Assembly: GCA_977030845.1 (NCBI GenBank)
Contig: OZ365115.1
Span: 17,856,001-17,920,000, forward strand
Reading direction: 5' to 3'
Length of the DNA stretch: 64,000 bases
Source: Fimbriosthenelais zetlandica
Lineage: Eukaryota
The position numbers and the translations under genes were made by a program. The notes beneath the pieces are model-generated. The model was not told the origin of the DNA and ran no database searches. It saw only the letters and a program-made list of their open reading frames with translations. Positions 1-12,769 of this stretch are shown here, one piece after another. Numbering within the stretch: position 1 is the first letter of the stretch; every line of letters starts with the position of its first letter.

Positions 1-60
1 GTCCATAGCTACACTGAAGCTCCGGCTTACCCTTCACTATGACCATGTGACAGAACTCTC
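1..60 (-). CDS. TTC17: TTC17 coding exon 10 (partial)
   Basis: Acceptor ttttatgtacag then (G)EFCHMVIVKGKPELQCSYG, keeping the C-x12-C spacing of human ICRLVNQQHSLHCQW as I recall it; truncated by the window edge. Confidence 0.75.
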
Positions 61-3000
61 CTGTACATAAAACATAGAAATATTTAAACATTAGGCCTAC
101 AAATGCATCTGTAAGTATGAAGCTCTCTATACATGTATTGGAATTGCTATATCTGACGCTTTTCTGCCTAAAGACTGACCTAGACAGAGGCATGGGCACA
201 GTATAGACTCACAAATAAGTAATATATTCTTTTATCAATATTCATTTTTGTGTTTTTGACTAAAAAAACAGTCATAGAGCCAACTTTTTATAAAAATTTT
301 TTGGTAGGGCTTCGATTTATTATGGATTTTTTTAATACACTTTTCATAGTATTTTTACGTGGTTCCCATGCTTTTGGCCTCACACATTTCCCAGATTTTC
401 ACTGGACATTTTTACTTGACTTTTCCCGGTTTTACACAATTTTTATGAATTCCACGCCGGGGAAATACATTAACAAATTCCTGTACTTTTCCCGGACCTG
501 TGGGAACCATACTTTTTTGAATAAAAAAAAAATCACAGGGCGACCAAAAAACCGAATGGGTGTGTCTGCAGCATAATGGTTCTGACCTGTGGTGACAAGG
601 CTGTCCCTGAAGCGGTGCTGCTCGAAGGCCACCCGCTGATCAAACCTGACATCCGGGTGCTCCAGCTCACCCAGCAGACGCTTCTGCTGCTGCTGCCAGT
701 ACTCATGTTTACGCTGGTAATCCCGTAATTCATTCAGCGTTCTCTGCAGGGACCTGAAGTAACCAGAAATAAACATTAAAGATATACATTTCAGAGGAGA
801 ATAGAAGCAAAATTATTGTATTTAAAGTGAGTTGGCTGACAGAATCATGATCAAGCCTGTTTGCTCAAAAGCCCTGGAGGTATTGAACATCCCTATATCA
901 AAGTATCAGACCTGTGTCCATAACTATTATAAGGCCTGTGTTCATTGCTATATTAATATATCAGTGAGGCCTAGGTCCCCCAAATTAACATCCCTATATC
1001 AATATATCAGACGGTCTCCTCCAATGCCGGATTTTCAATGTTAATTTCGAACCCTGATGGGGTAGAGGGTATAGCCTACCTGTGCTGGTTCTCCAGGGCG
1101 CCCTCCAGGCTGGCATGACACATTACAGCATGCTTCCTCTTGGCAGCTGCCTGGAAGTCAGGCTGAATCTTCAAGGTGTTCTCAAAACATATCACAGACT
1201 TGTTGTATTCAGCTAATACCTGAGTGGAAGAAAATATAAGTTACTAAAAGTTACTGATGGATGTATTAAATTTGAAAAAAAAAAACATCCTACAAAGTAA
1301 TTATTTTTGAAGATATATATTATATTATGCCGTTAATTATTTGAAAGATTGTTGTAATATTGCTGTAAGATTTGTAAGCTTGTTGAATAAAATAAGAATG
1401 AAAAAAAAACAAAAAACCACTTACAGCATATATATTGCCTAAAGTGAAATGGTTAACATTTAGTTCCTTGGATACATCTAGAGCTGCGTGCACCACTATG
1501 GCTGCCTCGTTGGAATACCTTGATCTATGTAGTACATTGGCAAGACTGATCAAGGCAACATCTTTCTGCATTCTGAAAAAAATCCATTCGAGAGAGAATA
1601 TTTAGTTAATTTACAAGATGAAATGTGGATATTCACAGATCTATCAATGACAAAGGGAGCTGCACAGGGGTCTGTTTCAGAACCACCATTAGCAATGGTA
1701 AGTATATGGGAAATGTTTACGCTGAAACGGCCCCAGAACCTATGTTAAAAGTTTTGAAGCAAAGATGCACTGAAATTTGTCAATATGTACAAAAGATAAA
1801 GATGAAATATGATTTTCTCAATTTCCTCCCAACACCCACTCACTCTGCACATCTCATACTTGTCAATTATAATCATACAGGTAAGAATAAACTCATGGCT
1901 AATAAAGTAGCTCTTCAGGATTTCCCATTAAACACACAATATTGCCAATGATTGACATTTTCCCCATGACTGTATTAGATTCATGCGAGCGAGGAAGCAT
2001 ATATATCAGTATGGGCATATCTAAATAGAACTACGGTCACAGAATCCGAGACTAAAGCTTGGAATTTATTTTAGTAAAACACTAAAGAAGGCATGCCTGA
2101 TCTTAATATTTCTTTTCTAGACATACAAGAATCCTAAAACCATAACATCCCTAAAGTCACATTTAATTCTTTCAGAATTATGCTGAGGAACGAAGGCTCC
2201 AATCAATAAGGAGCAACATTCATCAATAAATTTGAAAAAAAAATTGGAAAAATATTTTATATTCAATCATCCTACAAAACAAATATAGGTGGGTGGCAAT
2301 GAACACTCGGTTTGCGAACCCTGAATGTTCTTCCGGCAAATAAATCAGGAATAAAGACGTCCCTTATTAAATCATCCGCCATCGACTCTCCTATTAATCT
2401 AGGTCTTAACTCTTCATATTCATATTCAGATGTCATTTAATAAAACAATTTATAGTCTCCACAGCTCTGGAAAATGGTTAGAAATCAAGAATGGTAAGGG
2501 ATATGTAATCCCTTAAAATGCATGAATAGGGAGTTAGCCAACGATAAGTATTTGTCCCTTTGACATTTAGCATTTAGGATGCCAACATGCAATGGGCCGG
2601 GGCCAGCCATAGAGCGCCACGTGTATCGGCATTAATATATAATATAGCAGTCTGGCCAGGCACTAAGTGCATCTAAGGCATCTTCTCCCTAATAAATATA
2701 CAATCAGTATAGTAAAGTCAACTGAACTAATCAATTATATTATAGTAACTAACCGAATATTTAGCAATGACTTGGTAATGCATTTAATGTATCGAAATTC
2801 TGACAAACCTTCATAATAGTACAGCTTACAAAGATAAGCTCACTATAAGCTTTTAGGTCTTTCAATGTTTTGGCAGAACGAGGGAGGAAGTCGAAAAATC
2901 AACCGAATATGACATAGCAAATGGATGAAAAGAAAGAATGTCAATCTATTGGAGTCAAGGGTAAAAGTGCTTTAACAGAGCTTCTGTAGGTGGGATTCAA

Positions 3001-6000
3001 AAGACTTCTAGATAAAAAAAAAACCTTGATAATCAGATAAATGTTAATATAGTTATAACTCTCAGAATACTAGATAAATGTTAATATAGTAATATCTCTC
3101 ATATTAAGTATCAATCTCTCATACATTATTACATTTAAATATGGATCTTTTTTCTTATGTTGTTCATATTTAATATCATGGATCTATGTAATTGTAGAGA
3201 CCTAAAGGCATATTAGACGATCATATGACAGACAGAATGATATTCTATGTTATACTATTACTTCCTGACTTACGAGAAGTTTTTAAGTTTAAAAATGTCA
3301 AAAAAAGATGTAGGCTAACGGCTCAGATGCGGATAATGTATTCATGTGTCATTTGACTTGAATCCCACTTTGGATTCTCACTTGTATGAAAACAACTATC
3401 ATTTTCAGAGGGATCATGTCAGAAGGATGAAAATAGCTATATCATGGCGTTAAATCACCATTCATTCATTCATTACATTTAGACTCCACAAGAATAGGAC
3501 GAAATAAATAGATCAATAGATGAATCTCAAATTTTTAAAAAATATAGTGCATTGGAAGATGCCAAGGAATAATATTCAGCAGATGCTACGAAGATGAAAA
3601 GTATTAGGAGCAGATGCTAAGAAATACTGGCAGATGAGTAAGAGTTATGGCAGATACTGAGAAATATCGCTTTAGAACCCAAATAAGGAGGGTGAGTGCA
3701 TTCAGTGTGATTACTTATTCTGGCAGGGAACCAATCAGTGGTAACATAGATCTGGGACTGGTAAATCATTCTGTCTAAAAGCCTGCCAATTATTCATCAC
3801 CTGTCCTTAAGAAAAATACCCCTATTCCCCTTCATGTCTTATTTTTTTGGTCCGAGCAGTTTAACAATTAATATACAGCTTTCCTGGGATGGCACTGGTC
3901 CATGAATTAAAGTCGTGGGTTGGACAGGAACGAGTTTGGCGACATGTTAAATGAAAACATGTCATGAGTGGAATAGAATATATGGACCAGTTTCTGCAGT
4001 TGTAATTGATTAACATAAATTTCCATATATTTGACCTGTATTCACTAAATGAGTCTAAAGTTGAAAAAAGGATTTTGAGTTAGTTAGAGAAGATTACGAG
4101 GATTACATTGATATATAGCACATGGACATGGGGGAAAATCTTTATATTTTTAATACAATTTCAAAAAATAAAAGTAGTGACAGCAGAAACCAGAGAAATA
4201 CCCATTTCAGATAATTTTCTGTCCAACGGGGAACAAATCTTGAATGGACAACACGCACAGAGTTGAACTACTGGAAACAATACCAAGGCAGAATATGTTG
4301 GCTGTGCAATATTTAAGTTCACTAAGAATGCTGTGTTTATAGCGTTTTGTTGGGTTCAAGGATTAGAGGCCACACAACCCCTTAACAGCCTTAAAATATT
4401 CACACTCGTTGCCTCTTAACTCCTCAAGCAAAGCTAAATTGATAGAGCTCTGCTATAATCAGTGATACACTTACTTAAGCATGAGATAATAACATTTATA
4501 TGCGCCATTTCTTAATCTGATTATTTTAGAAAGTACTACCAGGCAGAGAATGCTTAAGTGGTATTTTATATGAATTATGGAATTTATGATCTATATAATA
4601 CATATCCAGTGCAAAAAAATATTTTCTATTCTCCATAGGAGTAACACTTAGTCATTGGATTATGAAAAGGGGTCGGTTTGGGCGGGGAGGAAACTGGGGA
4701 CCATATCTTAAATTGCACCCAAGAAAATATTTAAAATCACGATTCTTTTTGCTCCGTGAGCCTAGCACACTCCTGTATGCCTGTATAAATATTCTAAATA
4801 AAAAAAAAATGAAAATAGTAGGCTTAATTTCCAAGTGGGAATAGCTTCCGTCACACCTAACCTAATGCTATTGGGTTACCTTGGGGAAATAAATTGAGCC
4901 ATATTTAGATCTAGATTACCCAGGTATAGTCATCTAAAAACCGGGAAATTCACAGCTAAAGTTAATACAGTGTCGCTTGAGCAGTGAATGTCTATCCCCG
5001 AAGAATGCATGAGCGCACGGTTGACGGAATCAGGGTCATTGGCATAGTACCAAGTTTAGGTGGGGGGATTCTATAGTAGTCCTCGGTCAGGGATTTACTA
5101 TGTGTATAGGGTCAACCTTGAGTGGGTCAGGCCTTGGTTGTAAAGGGGTTTAATGAAAATATAAATCCAGGCTAAGTAATTCAGGTAAAGGCTATGGCTA
5201 CTTTTGTTTTGGAAACAGGCTCAAGACCCGATGAAATTTATAAGGTGTCATTCTAGCTGTTAATATTATTAATGATCCTAAAATTTATTACTCGGCAAAC
5301 ATAGATATATACATTTCAAACCAGCACAGCAAATTGCAAGTCATGATGATGCATTTTAATGTAAGTAATTTTAAAAGTATGTACCTCGTTTTTTTTTTTA
5401 CAAAACATAAAATGCATAGTTAAGAAGATAAATTGTCCGTAATCTGGTTTAAGGATAGGCGCACAATTGAACGTGAAAAACCATTAGACTGAGCGTCCAA
5501 CCGTAACGTTTCACAAGGTCACCTTTTAAAAGACTTTAAGCTTGAAATAAAATTATTCTGAAAATTCCCATCGTTGAACATATATGGACCACATTTTTGT
5601 TTTAGATTTTTGAGCCATTGTTGTTTTTTTAAAAATCTCAAAAAAAGAAAGAAAAACGAATAAAAAGCTTAAAAAAAAATTTTAAAAAAATGGTTTAATG
5701 GCAAATCATCAATCATGTAATCACACCGCAATCAAACACATGATTGTGGTAAGAAACAAAGCCTGTCCATTTCCCCGCATGTCCCGCCCGCATAACGCGG
5801 CTGCAGTAATAGACCATACATCATTAATAATGTACGGTATTATAGATTATTGATGTACACGTTCTCCTTTTCAAGCCCACATAACACAGTTTGATAATGC
5901 GAGAGGAACATGAGCATTATGAAACAAGATCACTAGCCCATTATTATGTGTAACGTTAACCCATATACCGTATTTGTCCATATACCGTATTTGCCGGTGT

Positions 6001-9000
6001 ATAAGGTTCGATTTTTTTAAAATAAAAAATCGCGATCTGCGGTTAATACAACGAAGCGATTTTTCATATGGATTTCTATAGAAAGCAGCGGTTTATATAT
6101 TTTAACCTGAGTGGCCAGTGGGGTGCGGTTTATACTCAGGTGCGGTTTATACACCGGCAAATACGGTAGCATATAGATCTGTAGAAGATCCAGAGGGGGG
6201 ATGTGGGTTTGGAAAAAAAAAATACCAAAAAATAATGATTGATTGAATGGGGTTGATGATCGATGTGTTTCTCTGGGGTGGTTAGGTAGGCCTAAATCGG
6301 GACCCCCGACCCGACGGGCCAAACTTGGATCCTCCGCTGGCCACCATTGATAAGGTATATATATAGATGGATGTGTTATCTCTAGGAGATAATGGGTAAC
6401 TCACCGCGGAGAGAAGTGTAAAGCTCTTCTCAGGCACTCCACTACCTGATACGGGTCCCCCTTAATCCGCCAGTAGAAGGCTGCCATGTTATACAAAACC
6501 CAAGAAGTTTTATTCTGAAAAATCAAGGGTATATCAAGTTTCATTTAAAACTGGATCATTGGTCAGGACACAGTTGAATACGTACGGTTTAAATAAAAAC
6601 CATTGTTCAAATATATCGTAATAAAAATTAAAATATATAGTATATCATCATAAAACATGAGATAGTTGAATACTTTCGATTTAAATCACAAAATTTAAGA
6701 TTTAAGTTAAACCATTGTTAAAATATATCGTAATAAAAAAATGAAATATATATCATCATAAAACATGAGATAGTTGAATTTACTTTCGATTTAAATCACA
6801 AAATTGTCATATATAATAATAACAAATTCCCCCCCAACCGTAGAAGTAAAGATAACTTACCTTTTTAAGAGCCTCAAAAATTAAATGCCCATAATCATCG
6901 ACATTGTCTCTATGAGTTATGGCATTTTTCAATCCTAATTCAGGTTGACCTGTTAAATTTGAGCGATCTTTCATGCCCTGAAAGAGAAGAAATTGAAAAA
7001 TTCAATCCTGTTTTATTAGCCTGTCTTCAAACAAAATAATTTGTACGGATAAGCAAAAAAAAAAGAAGAGAAATGAGGTTTACGAGGTCCTGTGCGGTCC
7101 AAATTTTTCTCATTAAGAGATCTACTTAATATTATTTACGTTTCCCCACTGCCCTACGATCTCCGGGGAAAATTTGAAATAAAAAAAATGAGAAATGATT
7201 TCCAATAGTTACATTTGGTATCGGTAGATAAAGAGCTGCAGCTTACCTCTAAATGTTCAAAGGCATGAACGCTAAAAGTAAGATCCATAACTTCTGTACA
7301 GTATGGCGCCTTGGGCGTGGCTGTAGGAGGGGCTTTGAAATCTATATGCTCCTCAGGCCTGTAAAAAAACACATCACAGATCAACATCATTAACTTACAG
7401 GAAGAATAATTTAGGTAAAACATAGTCTCAGATCAATCAAGGAGTCCCATTGCAGGGTTACTGCGTTTTTGAGATGATAAAGACCTTTTAAGACAAAAAA
7501 AAATCTTTCAACGGGAGATGGCCTTTACTGGCGTTTAGTACATATTAATATGATTTTTATCATTTTTAATTTTTGGGGGGTAAAAGTTGGATAAAAAAAG
7601 CTTCAAAAAAACTTAAAAAGACCTATGATCTTTATTTTTAAGACCTAAAATTCACACTTTCTCCACAATGAATAATCGGAAAAATCACCAGTTGAATCAT
7701 CGAAAAAACCCTCAGTAGTATCTTCGGCAAAGCCGTCAACAAAATATGCCAGACCCACACAGAGGCGATTTGCTCAAGCAAGTATATTTCCAATCAAACC
7801 CAATGCTTGAAATTTTGTCAGTGATTAGCCTTAGCTAGGTGTAAAGGACTGTTAAAATTTCAAGCATTGGTTGTGACTAGAAATATACTATCGCTTTGGG
7901 CAAATCGCCTCTGTGTGGGCTCGGCAATAGATGTGGCCATGGCATTTATTTTGCCCATCTTTCTCACCCTAGTCCCACAAGCTTTCTGTGGATAACAATA
8001 TTGACATTGGTAAGGAGTAATGTTGTCACTCACCTGATCCCTTTATTTTCTAAAGGTAGGACTGTGCTGATATACAGATCAAAGTCGGGCAGAGGTTTCC
8101 CTGCTGCTATACAGTCAGGGTTTGTTTTATAAAACCTCTGCTCTAAACCTGAAACCAACAATACCAGGATTATATTATATTATATTGCAATTTTATGTAA
8201 TGTAATAGTTCATTACATAGCGCAAGTATCATATTCATTTCTATGCACTTGCACATGAATTAAATTTGGAAAAGATAGGTTTTAAGGGCGTTCTTGAAAG
8301 CTAAGAATGTCCTAAGATGTTGTGGGAGGGCATTCCATTCAGATGGCGCAGACTTTATATTATATTATATTATATTATATTATATTATATTATATTATAT
8401 TATATTATATTATACATGTACCAGAATTTTACTATAGAAACACTGTCTGTTTCTGTCTGTACCTCACTCTGATTCAGTCTCTCCCTAGATCTGTCTGTCT
8501 CTGTCTCTGTCTCCCCTGCCTCTGTCCCTCTTTCCATGTCTCCCCTTCCCTCCGTCTCTCCCTCCTTCTATCTATCTCTCTCCATCCTTTGACTCCTTGG
8601 CTGTCTCCTAACAACGACTTTCATTTTCCCCTGTCTCTCAATGACCCTTCTGTCCCTCCCCTGTCCCTCCCTTGTCCCACAGTCTCCCTACACACTGGTA
8701 ACTTTGTGTTCCTGGAACTCTGGCACTGAGAGAACTGGGGTGTTTCCAAGAAATATCAGGCCTGAGTGAGCCCAGGGAACTCACATCAGCACGCGAGATC
8801 AAACAGACAAAATACAAAACACAGAAAACACTAGTCTGCAGGCAATTCCTAATAATGTGTTCCAGGTTTAAATCTGCTATTGACCCGAACGTTTTCTTAA
8901 GCCGGGAATACACTAATCTGATTCTCCAATCCGTCGCCGTCCGATACCCTATTTCTAATGACATATAAAAATTGAAATTTTGCCAGTGGTTAGCCCTACC

Positions 9001-12000
9001 TCTAGGTATAAAGGATGTTTCAAATTACAAGCATTTGGTGTGAATAGAAATATAGTTTCGGATAGCTATCGGATGGCGCCGGATAGAGAATTGGATTAGT
9101 GTATTCCTGGCTTTAGAGTGTCCTTCTAAGAGGTTATTTTCTTAAGAGATGGCATAGACTAGTCTATATCCCTCCCTAAGTTCCCTTTTTATAAAGAGCT
9201 ACATTTTATTTTATTTTTATACAATGGTTTTATCAAAAGTATTGCTAGTATCATCAGAATTACCCCCATCTGAAACAACAGCAAGTCCGAAATAACTACT
9301 AAAAAGTGAAGATATCAGTGTTGGACTCTGACTCATCCAACAAGATTCCTAGTTGTCTACCAGTCACGTACAGTGTCTTGGTGGCTCTGGGGCAAGTCAA
9401 GGTCACTCTGGTGCCAAACATCTAACGTTTATGAGTGCATCTGTTAAGATCTAATACTCTATGACTTGTACTTTTATTTTATCATAGTACTTTAGAGCTT
9501 TAACTATTTTTTTTTATACTTGCGATATTTATATGAAAAAATAGTTTCCAACAATGAAGCTGAAATATAGCCTCATAAAATTGAACATTTAAATTTAATA
9601 TAGAATCTTATTTTATCATAGTACTATAGAGCTTTAACTATTTTTTATACCTGCGACATTTATTTAAAAAAATAGTTACGAACAGAGAAGCTGAAATATA
9701 ACCTCATAAATTTGGACATTATAGTATAGAATCTATCATAATTCACAGGTCATCAAATTAAAATAACACTGTTTTGGGTGCGTTTTGGTTCTCTGTATTT
9801 CAGGTACTGTCACTTGAAGACGGTCAGGATTTAAAGAGTTATATAGGATTCCCTAAAGGTGGCACACACTTCTGACACTGACTGACAGTAAAGTTCATGA
9901 AGGGAAGACCTATAAGACCCAGCTGTTGAACCCAGTCAAACTCGGACCGGGCAATAACACCATGTAACACTGCCAAGTTTTAGACATGCTTCAAAGGTTT
10001 TGCACCATTGTTTCCAATGGTGATATCCTACCCTCTCACAATTCATATTGATCTAAATTCTGTCTGGAAATTTATTTTTCAATTCTGGAAATTTATTTTT
10101 CAATTGAGAAGGTTTACGTTAAATTTTGAGATTAATTTAAATGCCGGTAGTATGCCTATATCAAATAGGGCCTACCCTACAGAAATCTGAAAATTTAACC
10201 CCATAACCTATCCATGACTTTCCAGAACCAATACATGGTACTTTCGCGAGGCATGTTCTTGAAATATAAGCATTATTATTCTATTTTTTCCCCAACCCTG
10301 TAAACATTGGCGCACCATATTGTAGGCCTAAGTAGCGACTGCATAACGTTGATTTTCCATAACTTTCCAAAGGCTTTCGATAACTAAACTTTTGCTAAAT
10401 TTGACATTCCAAATCATTTCCATAATCTGTCCACGATCTTTCATGACCATGGGCCCTGTTTTAATTTAAATCATTTAAAAATGTCCTACCTGTATCTTTA
10501 TCTTCATTTTTGTCTATTTCTTCCTTGCGGGTGAGTAACTCCTGTTTGAGGTGCTCCAGCATGACTGCCCTCTCCTCCTGACGTAACAAGGCGACCAAGT
10601 CATAAGGACGCCGCAACGAGAACACCGAGTCCATCTGTTTAAAGAAAAAACTAATTTATTAGACTATATTCTTGTTTTTAGACTATATTCGTTTCTTTTA
10701 TTCTTTATATGTGTTGCAACACAGACTGGTTGCTACTATTAATGGAGAGGAAATAGAGCATCCAATCCCAATGCATCATCATGTTCTGCTATAATATTTG
10801 ATTTCATTTAATTCCATACTTTAAGTTTATTTGATTTCAAATACATGTGAAGACATAATCCATAAATACGGTATAGCTGGAGTTGTTGAAAACCTATGTA
10901 CTTAGAAGAACCACAGAATAAAAATCTCTTTTTGAGAAATAAGTAATCTCTTTTTGAGACATAGGCCTGCCTACATCTTGCATGAATTAGGCCTAGGCCT
11001 AATAATAGTCTCAGAAAACAAATTTTGACTCTGAGCTTCTCTTTTTAAAGGTTAGGATGCGTCTTAGCTCTTTTAACTAGGCTTATCCCATCAGTCATTT
11101 TTGTTTGTCAAGAAACTTATCAATAACTTTCTTAGATCTGCAGCAGACAAACAATATCAAGGATATGCTCGAACTTATTAACCTCTATAGAAGAGTTCTA
11201 TCTGTACCGGTATGTCTCAGTCATATCTTAAAAAAGAAACGTGTAGGCTCACATATCAAATTATCAATAAAAAAAAAAAAAAAAAAAAAGGAAAGTAAAT
11301 GGAGTATTATAGACGTAGTGAGTTATCAGATGTGTTGACGTGGCGGGCCTTATCTCACCCCAACAAAATATGACCTGGACTTTGTACCTCCTCCACTCTT
11401 GATTAAATTATTCTATTCAAAATCTACTGGGTCGGATATACTCTGCGACAGTTCTTTAGTTAAACCGGCCACCACAAATAAAGCCATGATGTGTATCCTG
11501 CTCAGCTCATGGAAAATTACGCAACAGAAGTTGTAGGCTTCAGGCCACAGTGAGTGGGGACCTATCTTTAAATGGATACAAATAAATAGGCTTAAACCCT
11601 TGCACGTGTCTGTATTTTTTTAATATAGAAAATTATCAGAATGAAACCCTTTTGGGGAAATGAGATTGGTATGTATTTTTGCCTTGAAAAGTGGGATTCA
11701 AGGTTAGGGATTAGGTAGGGTAATTTGGTGTAGGCCTAAATTTCTGTGGGATTTGGGATGGAGGGGGGGGGGGACATTTTGGGTTCAGCTATAAGACTTC
11801 ATTATAGCCTATATACGATCTAAATGGAGTAGGCCATACCTAGGCCTAACTTACAACTAGGTAGGCCCCCTATTTCATCATAGTAGGGCCTACTTTAGGC
11901 CTACAGGTAGGCCTAATAAATCAACAGGTTATTGAGGCAGGAGTGCCTAGATGATGCGGCTAAATGTGACAAACAAGTTTAAATAGCCAACTTTTCCATG

Positions 12001-12543
12001 TAGGCCTACAGTACCCTACTATACAGTTATGCCACTCCATCCCATCCCATCCCATCGAAAATGCCATGGGCCCTCGCGGGGCGCCGGGGATTGAACCGCC
12101 GACCCTGCGATTGGCAACCCTTGAATGAAGGAGCTGGCACTATATGGCATTTTGACACCCCAAAAGAAGTCAAATGTGTGTAAGTAATTCGTCACAGACA
12201 CCCAAGAGTAGACTGTTACTGTTTAAGAATCTTACATAAGATGTTGTAGCCTACACGATACGGTAGGTAGGACGGACTTACTAAGCCTACCATGCTGCCA
12301 ATGCTTTACCAATGGAAGATGTCCTTCCACCTCCTACTCCGACACACACCTCTACTGTTTACATCGCTTCCCCACTCCAGGATCCGCTCAATTTCGCCAC
12401 AATAAAATAACCATTCAAAAGCTACATACCTGCGCTTGTATCCTGCCATCTTCGGTGACGATCCAATGTGTTGCAGCTTTAATAACTGGGAAAGTTTGGA
12501 ATAATATCTTGGAACACAGAAGCACAACAACCAACGTCGCCAT
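1..12543 (-). CDS. TTC17: Tetratricopeptide repeat protein 17, multi-exon gene (10 coding exons in window, 3' end runs off the left edge)
   Basis: Join (minus): 12543-12430, 10634-10490, 8148-8034, 7358-7247, 6977-6861, 6514-6405, 1572-1425, 1219-1080, 753-587, 60-<1. All introns are GT-AG and the phases chain without a stop. Translation contains TTC17 hallmarks as I recall them: signal peptide + ATHWIVTEDGRIQAQ, NPDC..AGKPL.DFDLY, SWVLYNMAAFYWRIKG, KDVALISLANVLHR, SLQRTLNELRDYQ. Confidence 0.95.
587..753 (-). CDS. TTC17: TTC17 coding exon 9 (coiled-coil-like)
   Basis: SLQRTLNELRDYQRKHEYWQQQQKRLLGELEHPDVRFDQRVAFEQHRFRDSLVTT(G). The donor CAG/gtcaga was chosen because it gives the phase needed by exon 10, so the 3' boundary is less certain. 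Confidence 0.85.
1080..1219 (-). CDS. TTC17: TTC17 coding exon 8 (TPR region)
   Basis: VLAEYNKSVICFENTLKIQPDFQAAAKRKHAVMCHASLEGALENQH(R); donor gtaggc; 140 nt. Confidence 0.94.
1425..1572 (-). CDS. TTC17: TTC17 coding exon 7 (TPR region)
   Basis: MQKDVALISLANVLHRSRYSNEAAIVVHAALDVSKELNVNHFTLGNIYA; donor gtaagt; 148 nt; matches track ORF 1320..1571. Confidence 0.95.
5985..6166. mobile_element. Tc1/mariner-pogo-like MITE
   Basis: Perfect TIR CCGTATTTGCCGGTGTATAA / TTATACACCGGCAAATACGG flanked by TA on both sides; a partial duplicate of the left end sits immediately upstream. Confidence 0.85.
6405..6514 (-). CDS. TTC17: TTC17 coding exon 6 (TPR region)
   Basis: NKTSWVLYNMAAFYWRIKGDPYQVVECLRRALHFSP(R); acceptor tttcag, donor gtgagt; 110 nt. 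Confidence 0.95.
6597..6806. repeat. Tandem duplication, ~113 bp x2, in TTC17 intron 5
   Basis: AAACCATTGTT(C/A)AAATATATCGTAATAAAAA...CATGAGATAGTTGAAT..ACTTTCGATTTAAATCACAAAATT occurs twice. Confidence 0.9.
6861..6977 (-). CDS. TTC17: TTC17 coding exon 5
   Basis: GMKDRSNLTGQPELGLKNAITHRDNVDDYGHLIFEALKK; acceptor tttcag, donor gtaagt; 117 nt. Confidence 0.9.
7247..7358 (-). CDS. TTC17: TTC17 coding exon 4
   Basis: PEEHIDFKAPPTATPKAPYCTEVMDLTFSVHAFEHLE; acceptor tttacag, donor gtaagc; 112 nt; overlaps track ORF 7154..7423. Confidence 0.92.
8034..8148 (-). CDS. TTC17: TTC17 coding exon 3
   Basis: (G)LEQRFYKTNPDCIAAGKPLPDFDLYISTVLPLENKGI(R); acceptor tttcag, donor gtgagt; 115 nt. Confidence 0.93.
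8357..8414. repeat. (ATATT)n microsatellite followed by a CT-rich low-complexity tract to ~8700
   Basis: Directly visible; explains spurious ORF 8322..8729 (YYIIL repeats). Confidence 0.95.
8900..9112. mobile_element. Harbinger/Tourist-like MITE family 1, copy A
   Basis: TIR AGCC(G/A)GGAATACACTAATC, TTA target duplication on both sides, 213 bp. Confidence 0.85.
9472..9735. repeat. Tandem duplication, ~137 bp x2, in TTC17 intron 2
   Basis: TTATTTTATCATAGTACT(T/A)TAGAGCTTTAACTATTTTT...GAAGCTGAAATATA(G/A)CCTCATAAA occurs twice. Confidence 0.9.
10490..10634 (-). CDS. TTC17: TTC17 coding exon 2
   Basis: MDSVFSLRRPYDLVALLRQEERAVMLEHLKQELLTRKEEIDKNEDKDT(G); acceptor aacag, donor gtagga; 145 nt. 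Confidence 0.92.
12066..12135 (-). mobile_element. 5'-truncated fragment related to the 32958 SINE head
   Basis: Minus strand CCAATCGCAGGGTCGGCGGTTCAATCCCC resembles CCAATGATCGAAAGGTAGGCGGTTCAATCCCC at 33009-33040. B box only. Confidence 0.45.
12430..12543 (-). CDS. TTC17: TTC17 coding exon 1 (signal peptide)
   Basis: MATLVVVLLCSKILFQTFPVIKAATHWIVTEDGRIQAQ; strong Kozak AAGATGG; donor CAG/gtatgt; 114 nt, phase 0. Confidence 0.93.
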
Positions 12544-12547
12544 CTTG
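12538..12547 (-). promoter_or_regulatory. YY1-type motif CAAGATGGCG overlapping the TTC17 start codon
   Basis: Minus strand reads tCAAGATGGCGacg. This YY1/Kozak overlap is common at housekeeping-gene starts. Motif match only. Confidence 0.45.
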
Positions 12548-12769
12548 ACTCATCAATATTCATGAGCGTGACATCACAAACTCACATGGCCGCAGCTGAG
12601 ACCACTGCAACAAGGCGCCCTATTTGAAAATAGGCCCACTGAAAAATCTACGAGAAAGCCTTCGGATAGCCCAGATATGAATTAACAAAAATAATACTAA
12701 TTTAATAATGATTTATTAAAATTATTTAAAATAGCCTACGCCCTAATATTTTAGGGCACTGCCTAGTCC

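Noticed and set aside
8322-8729. 135 aa ORF with YYIIL repeats
   Set aside because: Translation of an (ATATT)n microsatellite and a CT-rich tract.
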